This document shows positions 1 to 8,988 of a DNA stretch of 64,000 nucleotides, in pieces. Both the position numbers and the translations under genes were made by a program. Below the pieces are notes generated by a model. The model ran no database searches. It saw only the letters and a list, made by a program, of their open reading frames with translations, and had not been told where the DNA came from. The stretch is from positions 26,496-90,495 of the forward strand of contig CAVSVC010000018.1 in NCBI GenBank assembly GCA_963731045.1. Direction: 5' to 3'. Position 1 is the first letter of the stretch, and every line of letters starts with the position of its first letter. Source of the stretch: an uncultured delta proteobacterium (GTDB lineage: Bacteria > Desulfobacterota > BSN033 > UBA1163).

Positions 1-38
1 GGCTCGCAGATCCGGACTGACGGTTTTTGAGCAGCCTG

Positions 39-1787
39 CTAAATATTCAGAGTCATCTCAAAGGCAACGCGGTCTACCTCTTCCGCGGTCGTGATGCCCC
101 GGAGGACTTTCTTCAGGCCGTCCTCCCTGAGTGAGAGCATTCCGGTCGTTTCCTTGGCGGTCTGCCGAATGACCTGGGAGGGAGCCTTCTCTGAGACCAA
201 TCGTTTAATCCGTTCATTCAGGATCAGGAATTCAAAGATCCCCTGCCTGCCCCGGTACCCTGACTGTTTACAGTTCTTACAGCCCTGTCCCCGGTAGAAC
301 GGGGGGGGCTGGTTTGATTTCGGAATGACTCCCTCCATCTCCTTCAGAACTTCAGCACTGGGTGGGACGGAAACTTTGCAGCCCGAGCAGATGGTTCGAA
401 CAAGCCGCTGGGCCAGCACCCCGATGAGAGAGGAGGAGATGAGGTAGGGTTCCACGCCGATATCCATCAGCCGGGTGACGGCTTCCGTTGCGTCGTTCGT
501 GTGCAACGTACTCAGAACCAGATGGCCGGTCAGCGCAGCCTGTATGGCCACCTCCGCCGTTTCGAGGTCCCTGATTTCCCCCACCATGATGACATCCGGG
601 TCCTGACGTAGAATCGATCTTAGCCCGGTGGCAAAGGTAATTCCGGCCTTGAGATTGACCTGAGTCTGACGGATGATGTTCAGCCGGTATTCGACGGGAT
701 CTTCAATCGTAATGATGTTCTTGTCCGTCGAATTGATCATGTTCAGCGAGGCATAGAGGGTGGTGGTCTTACCGCTCCCGGTGGGTCCTGTGACCAGGAT
801 GATGCCGTTCGATTTCCGGAGAAGCTGTCTGTAGAGAGCGAGCATGTCCGCTGTGAATCCGAGGTCCTCCAGCTTGATCAGGGGGCTGCTCTGGTCCAGA
901 ACCCGGAGCACCACATTTTCTCCATAGATGGTGGGAAAGGTGGAGACCCGGATTTCGAAATTGCGGTTTTCCATCCTCACATTGAAATTGCCGTCCTGAG
1001 GAAGCCTTGTCTCGGTGATGTCCATTTCCGCCAGCACCTTGATCCGGGAGACGAGTGAGGGATGAATGGTTTTGGGAAGGGTCAGGATCTCGTATAGAAA
1101 GCCATCGATTCTGAACCGAACGCGCAGCATCTTTTCGTCGGGTTCGAAGTGAATATCGCTGGCACGGTCCCTGATCGCCTGCATCATGACAAGGTCAAAC
1201 ATTCTGGTCGCGGAGGCTTCTCCTCCCGCAAGATTGGTTTGAATCTCCACTTCGACCAGGTCATGGCTTTTTCGATACTCGGCCGGTTCGGAGGAGGCGG
1301 CGTTTCCTTGATTCTTCGCCAGTTGCTGAAGGGTGCTTTGAAGCACCGTCACCGCGACCCCGTATTGCTGATCGATGATCTTCTTGATCTTCTTTTCGGT
1401 GCTGATGACGATTTCCACGTCGATCTTCGCCTTGTTCCGGACCTCGTCGAGGGCAAGAATGTTGAGGGGATCCGCCATGGCCACCGTAAGGCTATTTCCG
1501 ATCTTGAAGAGAGGCATCAGGGAGTGACGCCGGGCCGTTTCTTCGGGGATCATCTTTACGACCGATTCGTCAATGAGATAGGTGTCCAGATCGATAAAGG
1601 GAAGGTTGAAGTAATCGGCCAGACACTGGGAGACCGTGTCATCATTCGCCAGTTCCAACCGGAGGAGCGTCTGCTCCAGTCTCTCGGTTCCCCGCCTCTG
1701 CTCCTGGGCGGCCCGCTTCAATTGGGCGCTGGTGATGACGCCGACTTCAACCAGGTATTCACCAAAACTTTTCTTTCCCTCGTTCAT
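39..1787 (-). CDS. mshE: Type IV pilus/T2SS assembly ATPase, MshE/PilB/GspE family
   Basis: 582-aa ORF. N-terminal GspE_N-like region, Walker A GPTGSGKTTT, and C-terminal tetracysteine CSGC...CKNC. It is the last gene of a block in mshIJKLMNE order. Confidence 0.93.
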   Translation of the reverse strand: MNEGKKSFGEYLVEVGVITSAQLKRAAQEQRRGTERLEQTLLRLELANDDTVSQCLADYFNLPFIDLDTYLIDESVVKMIPEETARRHSLMPLFKIGNSLTVAMADPLNILALDEVRNKAKIDVEIVISTEKKIKKIIDQQYGVAVTVLQSTLQQLAKNQGNAASSEPAEYRKSHDLVEVEIQTNLAGGEASATRMFDLVMMQAIRDRASDIHFEPDEKMLRVRFRIDGFLYEILTLPKTIHPSLVSRIKVLAEMDITETRLPQDGNFNVRMENRNFEIRVSTFPTIYGENVVLRVLDQSSPLIKLEDLGFTADMLALYRQLLRKSNGIILVTGPTGSGKTTTLYASLNMINSTDKNIITIEDPVEYRLNIIRQTQVNLKAGITFATGLRSILRQDPDVIMVGEIRDLETAEVAIQAALTGHLVLSTLHTNDATEAVTRLMDIGVEPYLISSSLIGVLAQRLVRTICSGCKVSVPPSAEVLKEMEGVIPKSNQPPPFYRGQGCKNCKQSGYRGRQGIFEFLILNERIKRLVSEKAPSQVIRQTAKETTGMLSLREDGLKKVLRGITTAEEVDRVAFEMTLNI

Positions 1788-1827
1788 GATCGATTCCTCT
1801 CTTGGCTCTTGCGCGGGGTGAAACCCT

Positions 1828-3288
1828 TTATTCGTTGTTCTTCCCGGCCTGTTTCTTCAGGAGACGATCCATGTGCCTCTGAACCCTTCCTACCAGGTCC
1901 GGATAGGTGTTGGATGCCATCTGAGTGAACTTCCGGTAGTAACGGACGGCATTCCCTACGTTCTCAAGCTGTTCGTAAAGCAAGCCGAGGTTGTAGTAAG
2001 CCTCTGCCTGCAGGGGTTGAAGCGAGAGAGCCCTCTGATAAGACTCGATCGCCTTGTGAATGCGGCCCTGTTTCCTGTAGAGGACCCCGAGATGGAGATG
2101 GCTTTCGTAATGGTTGGGGTCGATGGTCAGGGCCTTCTGAAAAAAGTCCATGGCTTCGTCTTCGCGTCCCCGGAGGAGGAAAAGGACCCCCAGGTTGTTG
2201 TAGGCCTTTACGTATCCGGGAGCGATCTCGATTGACTTCTGATAAGCCCCCTGGGCCTGATCCATCTCTCCCCGTTCCTGGAAGAGAAGTCCGAGGTTGT
2301 TATAGGCTTCAACAGACGCGGGGTTGAGCTCAATGGCTTTCCGATAGGCCTCGATTGCCCTGTCCGTCTCTCTCCGTTGATGGAGAGCAACGGCACGATT
2401 GAACTGCCTCAAGGCTTCGGAGGTCGAAGATGTCTCTCTTCTTGTCTCCTGCCTGACTTCGATCGGCCTTGGAAAGAACTTCTCCTCTGCAGGAAGGGAC
2501 GTCTCCTGCAGGGCTTTCCTCGAAGGAGGGGTGGAGGGTAAGGGTGGATGAGAAAGAGGCGCAACCGGAGCTGCTTTTTCTCCGGCGTCGGTGTTTTCCC
2601 TTAGGCTCACCCGTTCGTTTCCGCGAAGTTCAGCCTTCAAAGCCGGGATAGGAACGTCCGGTGAAGGGTGAACTTCGAGCGCCCCGGGTTGATCGGTTCG
2701 ACTGATTTCGCCGGAGTCCCGGGCAGAAGGCCTGTCCTTGGGCTTGCCCAAAGGCCTGCCGTCGGGCAGGTCCTGAGGCTCACCCCGGTCTTCAGACCGG
2801 GAGACGGAAAGGATGACGGCCTCCTCTTTGCCAGGCTCCACCGATGGTTTCACAGCGTGCCCCTGTTCCCTCTCTGTTCCGGGAATCTCCCGGGCAGACG
2901 GGATGTGAGAGACCTCCGCATGAGGGAATGATTCCTCAATCGGGGGGGCCGTTTGGCGTTGTGATGCAGGAGGGGCTTGGCTACCGCGAGAGGACCGGAC
3001 GGGGTCCTTCCGGGGTTCTTCCGAACGTAGCAAAGGAAGGTCCGGCTTTTGCGGGGAGGGGATGGAGTTTCTTGACCCGCCCCTGTCTGGAGGAGAAGAG
3101 AAGCCTCCAAGGAAAAAGATCAGAATGGAAAGACCGATCAGGCCCGTGATTCCGAAGATCCATCGCTTCTTCCGGAAGGACACGTTTTCCTTAGGGAGAC
3201 ACGGTTGGGATCCGGAGGCCGACTCATCGCCGAGGCTGTTGACCCGAAGCTGTTGAGCCCTCTTGAGACCCTCCATGATGAGACTCAT
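1828..3288 (-). CDS. mshN: TPR-repeat pilus biogenesis protein (MshN-like) with TM segment, Pro-rich linker and C-terminal TPRs
   Basis: The ORF track gives 1828..3660, but its first 124 codons overlap the ExeA-like gene. An internal ATG at 3288 (MSLIMEGLKRAQQL) overlaps the upstream stop as ATGA. TM segment WIFGITGLIGLSILIFFLGGF; TPR units such as AYNNLGLLF and AYYNLGLLY. Confidence 0.8.
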   Translation of the reverse strand: MSLIMEGLKRAQQLRVNSLGDESASGSQPCLPKENVSFRKKRWIFGITGLIGLSILIFFLGGFSSPPDRGGSRNSIPSPQKPDLPLLRSEEPRKDPVRSSRGSQAPPASQRQTAPPIEESFPHAEVSHIPSAREIPGTEREQGHAVKPSVEPGKEEAVILSVSRSEDRGEPQDLPDGRPLGKPKDRPSARDSGEISRTDQPGALEVHPSPDVPIPALKAELRGNERVSLRENTDAGEKAAPVAPLSHPPLPSTPPSRKALQETSLPAEEKFFPRPIEVRQETRRETSSTSEALRQFNRAVALHQRRETDRAIEAYRKAIELNPASVEAYNNLGLLFQERGEMDQAQGAYQKSIEIAPGYVKAYNNLGVLFLLRGREDEAMDFFQKALTIDPNHYESHLHLGVLYRKQGRIHKAIESYQRALSLQPLQAEAYYNLGLLYEQLENVGNAVRYYRKFTQMASNTYPDLVGRVQRHMDRLLKKQAGKNNE

Positions 3289-4214
3289 CTTCGCCCCCCT
3301 CCCGAGACCATTCCGACCCAAAGAAGAAGGACGAGACAGAGGGCGGAAAGTGCCCAGGAAAGAAGACGCCTCGGCCAGTTCAGGAACGGAAGGCAGGTCG
3401 TTTCTCCTTCCAATCCCAGAAGACTTCTGCTTCCCCTTCTGACCTGGGACCGATCGATCCGGCGGGCTTGGTCGACGAATCCGGCCATGAGGGCCCTGTC
3501 GCTGAGGAGGTTGATCAGCCTCGGAATCCCTCTGGAGCGTTGGTAGATTTCGTCGAGAGCCGCTTTTGAAAATGGCACACCGGCTTCGGATCCGGCCCGA
3601 TTCAGACGCCGGACAATGTAGGCCTCCGTTTCTTTTCTGGTCAGGGGGAGGAGCCGGCACCGGATGGCAACACGCTGGTTCAACTGTCTCAGCCGGGAAG
3701 ACTGAAGCTTCTTCTCGAGTTCGCGCTGCCCCACGAGAACGATCTGGAGCATCTTTTCCTTCTCGGTTTCCAGATTGGAGAGCATGCGAACTTGCTCCAT
3801 GACCGGAATGGAAAGGTTTTGGGCCTCATCGATGATGAGTACGGCATTTTCGTTGCGGGACAGGAGATCGATCAAAAACCGGTTCAGTGCGTCGATTCGT
3901 TCCTTCTTGGTCCGTGCCCTGCCGGTGGACCCGAAATCGTCGAGGATGGAGGAGAGCAGTCCGGCTTCCGTCACGAAGGAGTTGAACACGACGGCCGTCC
4001 TGACCTGAGGAGGCAGCCTTTTCATGAGGGCCCGACAGAGGGTCGTCTTTCCCGTTCCGATGTCTCCTGTGACGACCATGAATCCCTCTCTTCGATCGAT
4101 TCCGTAAAGAATCGATTCCATGATTTCCCGATGCTTCTCGCTCCAGTAAAAGAAGTGAGGGTCCGGCGTCAGAGAGAACGGCTTCTGGTTCAGACCATAG
4201 AATGTTTCGTACAT
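3285..4214 (-). CDS. mshM: ExeA/GspA/MshM-type AAA ATPase
   Basis: 309-aa ORF. The MYETFYGLNQKPF opening is typical of the family. Walker A GDIGTGKTT, Walker B LIIDEAQ. Confidence 0.88.
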   Translation of the reverse strand: MYETFYGLNQKPFSLTPDPHFFYWSEKHREIMESILYGIDRREGFMVVTGDIGTGKTTLCRALMKRLPPQVRTAVVFNSFVTEAGLLSSILDDFGSTGRARTKKERIDALNRFLIDLLSRNENAVLIIDEAQNLSIPVMEQVRMLSNLETEKEKMLQIVLVGQRELEKKLQSSRLRQLNQRVAIRCRLLPLTRKETEAYIVRRLNRAGSEAGVPFSKAALDEIYQRSRGIPRLINLLSDRALMAGFVDQARRIDRSQVRRGSRSLLGLEGETTCLPFLNWPRRLLSWALSALCLVLLLWVGMVSGGGRR

Positions 4215-4302
4215 CTCTTCTCCAAGAGGTGCTGCCGTATTATGGTGCTGCCGTGTTGCCGTTCGAACCGCAGCACCGCAGCACGGGTCAACTGCAGCAC
4301 AC

Positions 4303-5715
4303 CTATCTGTTTGTTAAGTCCTCCACCTTCTTGCCCAATTGGAGGGTCGGGGTGATCATAATGACCAGTTCCGTATTTCTCTTCGTTTCCACCTTGTGCC
4401 GGAACAGTCCTCCCAGGTAGGGAACCGATTTCAAACCCGGGACTCCGATCCGGGTTTCTTCTTTTCTCTCCTGCATGAGCCCCGCGATAATGATCGTCTG
4501 GCCGTCCTTGACCCTGACCGTGGTATCCGTCTCCCGCACGCTTACCAGGGGGAATGTGGTCCTTCCGTCCGGGGAGGCTCTTTCCCCGGTTTTCTCCGTG
4601 ATGCTCGGATGGATATTCATCATGATGGTGCCGTCGTCGGCAATCTGGGGGGTGACATCCAGAATAATTCCCACATCAATGGTCATGGGTTGAATCGTCT
4701 GGGTCACGGTACTCTGGGTGGCTACGGCTCCCGTGATGAAGAACACCTCCTGGTTGGCCACACGGATAATCGCTTTCTGGTTGTTGAGGGTTGAGATCGT
4801 GGGGCTGGACAGGATCTTCAGATCCCCCTGTTCCGAGATGGCTTCGACGATGTCCGAAAGGAGGACGTCCGTTCCCGCCGGTCCGATGGAGAAGATCCCG
4901 CCGAAAGGATTGAGCTTGAATGTGCCCGGGGTGCTGATCGAGGTTCCCCCTTGCCCTCCAATGAGAAAGCCGTTGGGGCCGCCAGGAAAACCGGAGGTCC
5001 CGGCCTTATCCGTTAGACCCCATGCCAGGTTCGTGGACCGCGGGAGCCCCTGGATCACTCTCCAGTTGATCCCCTCCCTGTACTCTTCCGAGAGGACCAC
5101 CTCCATGATCTTGGCCTGAATCGTCACCTGCCTCTGAGACGTTCCCTCCAGGAGTTCAAGAAAGGAGGCAATTCTGTTCAAATTCCCCGGAAAATCCGTG
5201 ACCCAGACCACCCCGGTTGACTTGTTGATGATCAGTTTCCTTCCTCTTCCATCGACTCTCGTCCAGCTCTTTTTCTCCTCTTCGGGAGGGTTTTCCCTGT
5301 CACCGCCTTCCGCCGATCCGAAGACAATGGCTTCCAGTCCCCGGTGGATCTCTTTCCAGAGGTCCATCTCGTCCACACTGATCAGGTCGCTGTAGCCTGT
5401 TCTGGAGCCCCCGGAACTGATAACGCCCTGCTGCCCCACGGAGACCCCGGACTGCATTCCGCCTCCTGTGCTGGCATAAATCTCCCTCTTTCCGCTTCGC
5501 TTCGTGGCAAGGTAATTGACCGTGAAGAGCCGGGTCTCCATCTGGGGTCTGAAGATCCTGACGAATCTTTCCTCGATCCGGAAGGTCCATCCCAGCGGAG
5601 AGAGAATCGTGTCGAGGGCCTCTCTCAATGTGACCCGTTTCAGGTCAACGGTCACCTTTCCGCTCAATTCGGGCTCAATGACCACGTTGAGATCGCTCTC
5701 CTTCGAAAAGGCCAT
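4303..5715 (-). CDS. mshL: Secretin (MshL/PilQ family), main body
   Basis: 470-aa ORF with a C-terminal secretin core (GVPGLKSVPYLGGLFRHK...ELVIMITP). The frame continues upstream of the listed Met as PLPEKLYSFSARDADVQDIL (N0-like), but a TGA then cuts it off from its signal peptide. Confidence 0.9.
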   Translation of the reverse strand: MAFSKESDLNVVIEPELSGKVTVDLKRVTLREALDTILSPLGWTFRIEERFVRIFRPQMETRLFTVNYLATKRSGKREIYASTGGGMQSGVSVGQQGVISSGGSRTGYSDLISVDEMDLWKEIHRGLEAIVFGSAEGGDRENPPEEEKKSWTRVDGRGRKLIINKSTGVVWVTDFPGNLNRIASFLELLEGTSQRQVTIQAKIMEVVLSEEYREGINWRVIQGLPRSTNLAWGLTDKAGTSGFPGGPNGFLIGGQGGTSISTPGTFKLNPFGGIFSIGPAGTDVLLSDIVEAISEQGDLKILSSPTISTLNNQKAIIRVANQEVFFITGAVATQSTVTQTIQPMTIDVGIILDVTPQIADDGTIMMNIHPSITEKTGERASPDGRTTFPLVSVRETDTTVRVKDGQTIIIAGLMQERKEETRIGVPGLKSVPYLGGLFRHKVETKRNTELVIMITPTLQLGKKVEDLTNR

Positions 5716-5953
5716 CAGGATGTCCTGAACGTCCGCATCCCTTGCGGAAAAGGAGTAGAGCTTCTCCGGGAGCGGTCAGAGGCTCCTCCCGTTGAGGAAT
5801 GACCAACTCCTGCAGTTTCTCCTCCGAAGGAGGCGGTGGCGGCGCCTTCGCCGACCGGGAGGTCAGCCTTGCCTGATCTCTTTGAGGCAGCGTCGAGCAG
5901 CCCAAAAGGAGGAATAGAACGATCACTGAAAGAAAAAGGGACTTCCTTTTCAT
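5675..5953 (-). CDS. Lipoprotein signal-peptide fragment, probable true N-terminus of the secretin (frame-shifted)
   Basis: ATG at 5953 sits behind AAGGAG and encodes MKRKSLFLSVIVLFLLLGC (lipobox). Removing one base from the GGG run at 5768-5770 joins ...EEPLTAP to EKLYSFSARDADV of the secretin frame. Confidence 0.65.
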   Translation of the reverse strand: MKRKSLFLSVIVLFLLLGCSTLPQRDQARLTSRSAKAPPPPPSEEKLQELVIPQREEPLTAPGEALLLFRKGCGRSGHPDGLFEGERSQRGH

Positions 5954-6072
5954 GGACTTTCTCCTTTTCACCCGTGCGCCCGCGAAGCCCCGCCTTTGAA
6001 GGCGGGAAAGCAGGCGCGGCTCAGGGTGAACCTTGAGCAAGCCCCGGACTTCTGACCGGGGAGCCGAAAGGT

Positions 6073-6522
6073 TCACCTTTCTTCAACCTTCAGGCGGATC
6101 GGGCTCTGGGAGAGGTAGAGGCTTCTCTTCTGATTCCCTTTTCCCAGCATGACCTGATCGCTTTTTATTTCCAAAACCCTTTCTTCATAGACCATGTCCC
6201 CAACGGCGACAATCCGCCTGTCGATCGAAGCCAGACGGACATGGTCGCCGATCAAAATCGCCCTCAGACTCAAAGAGGGAGGTGGAACCTCCACGGGTTT
6301 CAAGTCGGGCTTTACTTCTTTCTCCTGTTTTACGGGGGCGGCTTCTTCCTTTGCCGGGCTGCGGCTCCCTGCCGGGAAGAGGAACGGATTCCTTCCATAA
6401 GACCCTCCCGGTTTCCCCTTCGTCTGACCGAAGGCCATTCCATCCTGAATCAGGGCCGTCCCGGCCAGGAGGACCGTGGAGACCAGGATAAGGGCTGAGA
6501 GGAAATGTCTCGTGTCTTTCAT
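6073..6522 (-). CDS. PilP/MshK-like pilus assembly protein
   Basis: The track ORF 6073..6795 overlaps the PilO-like gene. An internal ATG at 6522 follows GGAGG and gives MKDTRHFLSALILVSTVLLAG (signal/TM) plus a C-terminal beta domain (RAILIGDHVRLASIDRRIVAVGDMV). Position matches mshK. Confidence 0.6.
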   Translation of the reverse strand: MKDTRHFLSALILVSTVLLAGTALIQDGMAFGQTKGKPGGSYGRNPFLFPAGSRSPAKEEAAPVKQEKEVKPDLKPVEVPPPSLSLRAILIGDHVRLASIDRRIVAVGDMVYEERVLEIKSDQVMLGKGNQKRSLYLSQSPIRLKVEER

Positions 6523-6547
6523 TTTGATTCCTCCGGAAACTGCCGGG

Positions 6548-7114
6548 TTAAGTCGAATGGACATAGATATTAAGTCCAATGGTGACCTTGAGCGACGGGA
6601 AGGTTTCCTCCACCCTCTCGACCCGGAGCCTGCTGACTTCCACATGAAAGGGAAGATCCTCCAAACCTTTGAGGTAATCGCCCGCGGAGTAAAAACCGGA
6701 TTGAAGAACCAGAACCACGGGTACTCGTTCATAGGGCAATGGAGTGGTTTCCCTCTTTTCCGCAGGGAGGGCTTTGCCTGCGTCCTGAGGAGCAATGGAA
6801 ATGACCTTCATGTGAAGGCGCTCACTCTCCCCGGCCAGGTGTTTTAAGAAGGCCTTCAACTCCCCTCCTTTCACGGTCCTGTGACCCTGAGCCCTGAGCC
6901 GATATTCCATCCGGGATACCTCCGCCTCGATCGTTTCCACCCCCTTCGTCAGGATGGAGGACTCCTTCATCTTGAGGTCCGCAACGCGGATGTCCTCTTT
7001 CCACATCTTCATTCTTCTCTTCTGAGGCATATAATAGAATTGATCGAAGGCCAGGATGCCTACTGCAATGACCATTAAAGCGACCATCCATTTCTCTCTT
7101 TTTTGCAGTTTCAT
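6548..7114 (-). CDS. PilO/MshJ-like pilus assembly protein
   Basis: 188 aa. N-terminal TM (WMVALMVIAVGILAF) followed by a coiled-coil region. Position between the mshI-like and mshK-like genes. Confidence 0.6.
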   Translation of the reverse strand: MKLQKREKWMVALMVIAVGILAFDQFYYMPQKRRMKMWKEDIRVADLKMKESSILTKGVETIEAEVSRMEYRLRAQGHRTVKGGELKAFLKHLAGESERLHMKVISIAPQDAGKALPAEKRETTPLPYERVPVVLVLQSGFYSAGDYLKGLEDLPFHVEVSRLRVERVEETFPSLKVTIGLNIYVHST

Positions 7115-7293
7115 GATCGACGGTCCTTCCCTGTGTCAGAAAATAGTGATCCGGTCTGAGGGATACGGCAACGATGCCCGTATCGTCAGGTCAATAGGCA
7201 ACGTCCGTCGTGAGAAGACGTTTCCGTAACCGGCCGCCTTCAAACGAAACGGGCCTCGTAACCGTAACCTTAACCCAAGAATTCGGCACGATT

Positions 7294-8706
7294 TCATGGC
7301 TTGGCGGTTTCCTCCGGACCCGGGACGATGTCGCAGACGATCTCAAAATTGACCCCGGGCTGGTGCTGCCATTTCGTCTGCTCCGCCGAGACGAGCTTCG
7401 AATTTTTGAAGTGGGTGGATTGCTCCAGATGGTCGATGAGCTGAGCCACCCCGGTCAGGCACTGCACATCCTGGCCGACGGCGAACCCTTCGAGTAAAAG
7501 GCGGGTGCCCTCCGGGGACTGAGACCCTTCCGCCGGCTTGGAGATCGGTTCAAGGGCGAGGGTCTTCAGGGTCACGTTTCCAGGCATAAGGTGGCTGAGC
7601 GTCCTCAAGACCTCGGCATAGGAGACCGACCTTGAATCCCGGGAAGGAATTTGAAACAGCTCCTGTTTCATCTCCTGCTCTTTTCCTTTGAGGAGGAGCA
7701 GCTTGGCCTGAAGGGCGTCCAGAGACTTCACCTGAGAGAACTTCATCTCGTGTTCTTTTTCGACGGCCGTGATCTGCCCGTTCAAATTCCAGGCGATGCC
7801 GAGCATCACCAGGAGGACGACGACCGGCGCAAGAACGAATCCAAATTTTTCCGCCGGGAGATCGAAGAGCGTCCGTTTTTTAACGGACAGGAAATCGATC
7901 CCTTTCCGGTCGGGAAGGGCTGCGCCAACAGCAATACAGTAGAGGGGGCTCACCTGGCTCAGTTTTGGAGCGTCGGTATGAGTTTCCTCCGTGATGTTTT
8001 CCTCCAAGGGGTGAAAGACCTCAACCGGAAGCCCGAGTCCCTCGGCCAGATAGAAGGAAATATGATTGAGGTTCGCTCCTCCCCCCGTGAGCAGGAGCCG
8101 GTCAATGGGGCTTGCGTGAAACTGGTGTTGAAAGTAGTCGAAGGAACGTCTGATCTCTGCGGTCATCCGTTCGAGAACAGGCCTCATGAGAAAGGAGATT
8201 TTGGACCGCTCAGGCGTCTTTGCATCCGTCAGGATACCCATTTCCTTCTTTATCTCTTCCGCTTTCTCAAAACCCGGGCCCGGGTCGGAATCCAGTCCCA
8301 TGCCTTCCAGAATGGCCTGAGTGATGTCCGCCCCTCCCGGGGTGGCCTCACGACTGAACTGGAGGACTCCGTCTTCAAAGAGATAGATCCCTGTTTTACT
8401 GGCTCCGAGGTCAGCCACTGCAATGATGCCTCCCCGGGCGACCCCCTTTGAGAGCCGGATCACGTTACAGAGAGCCTGGGGAATGACGGTCAGACGGACA
8501 AGTTTCAGCCCGGCCTCCTGGATTACGGAGACCGTCCTCTGAATCAGGTCGACCGGGCAGGCCGCAGCGATCAGATCCAATCTGTTCACGCCCTCCTGGA
8601 CAAACTCCTTGAGCACACGAAATTCGACGCGGGCCGCCTCGATGGAGTAGGGCAGCCCTCCCTTCATCTCCCAGCGCACGGCCTCCTGCAGTTCCTTCGT
8701 CGGCAT
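7294..8706 (-). CDS. mshI: PilM-PilN fusion (MshI-like), main body
   Basis: 470 aa. Actin-like ATPase fold motifs (PTKELQEAVRWEM..., ADLGASKTGIYLF, LLTGGGANL), then a TM segment (FGFVLAPVVVLLVMLGIAW) and a coiled coil as in PilN. Confidence 0.85.
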   Translation of the reverse strand: MPTKELQEAVRWEMKGGLPYSIEAARVEFRVLKEFVQEGVNRLDLIAAACPVDLIQRTVSVIQEAGLKLVRLTVIPQALCNVIRLSKGVARGGIIAVADLGASKTGIYLFEDGVLQFSREATPGGADITQAILEGMGLDSDPGPGFEKAEEIKKEMGILTDAKTPERSKISFLMRPVLERMTAEIRRSFDYFQHQFHASPIDRLLLTGGGANLNHISFYLAEGLGLPVEVFHPLEENITEETHTDAPKLSQVSPLYCIAVGAALPDRKGIDFLSVKKRTLFDLPAEKFGFVLAPVVVLLVMLGIAWNLNGQITAVEKEHEMKFSQVKSLDALQAKLLLLKGKEQEMKQELFQIPSRDSRSVSYAEVLRTLSHLMPGNVTLKTLALEPISKPAEGSQSPEGTRLLLEGFAVGQDVQCLTGVAQLIDHLEQSTHFKNSKLVSAEQTKWQHQPGVNFEIVCDIVPGPEETAKP

Positions 8707-8954
8707 GGAGGGCAGGGTGATCCTGCGGACAAGGACTCCTTCTCCGGAGACGGCAAGACTGATTCGGTTTCTTTCAGGCCGCCCTCGCTCCAGAGGCTTC
8801 TGAGGGTTTGGGCGATGAAATCCGGATCCCCTTTTCTGTCAGGCGGAATTCTCTTCGTCTCCGAATAGGTGAGCAGAGGCCCTTTAGACGTCATTTTCAT
8901 TCCAACCACTTTGATGGAATGAGAGCCGATATCCAATCCGATCAGTTCTGACAT
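8664..8954 (-). CDS. N-terminal fragment of the PilM/MshI gene (frame-shifted)
   Basis: Starts MSELIGLDIGSHSIKVV (PilM phosphate-1 motif). The expected continuation SLAVSGEGVLVRRITLPSMPTKEL is in the frame of the 7294..8706 ORF. The frame change is around 8770-8790. Confidence 0.7.
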   Translation of the reverse strand: MSELIGLDIGSHSIKVVGMKMTSKGPLLTYSETKRIPPDRKGDPDFIAQTLRSLWSEGGLKETESVLPSPEKESLSAGSPCPPCRRRNCRRPCAGR

Positions 8955-8988
8955 ATCTAAACTCCTCTATTTAAAAAGACCATAACCT

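Noticed and set aside
1828-3660. Long N-terminal extensions of track ORFs (also 6073..6795, 49872..50804, 50468..51457, 51361..52794, 44848..46275, 58337..58921, 59148..59402)
   Set aside because: The extensions overlap the upstream gene, have Arg/Pro/Gly-rich composition and lack an RBS. Internal starts with an SD sequence or ATGA coupling give family-typical N-termini.
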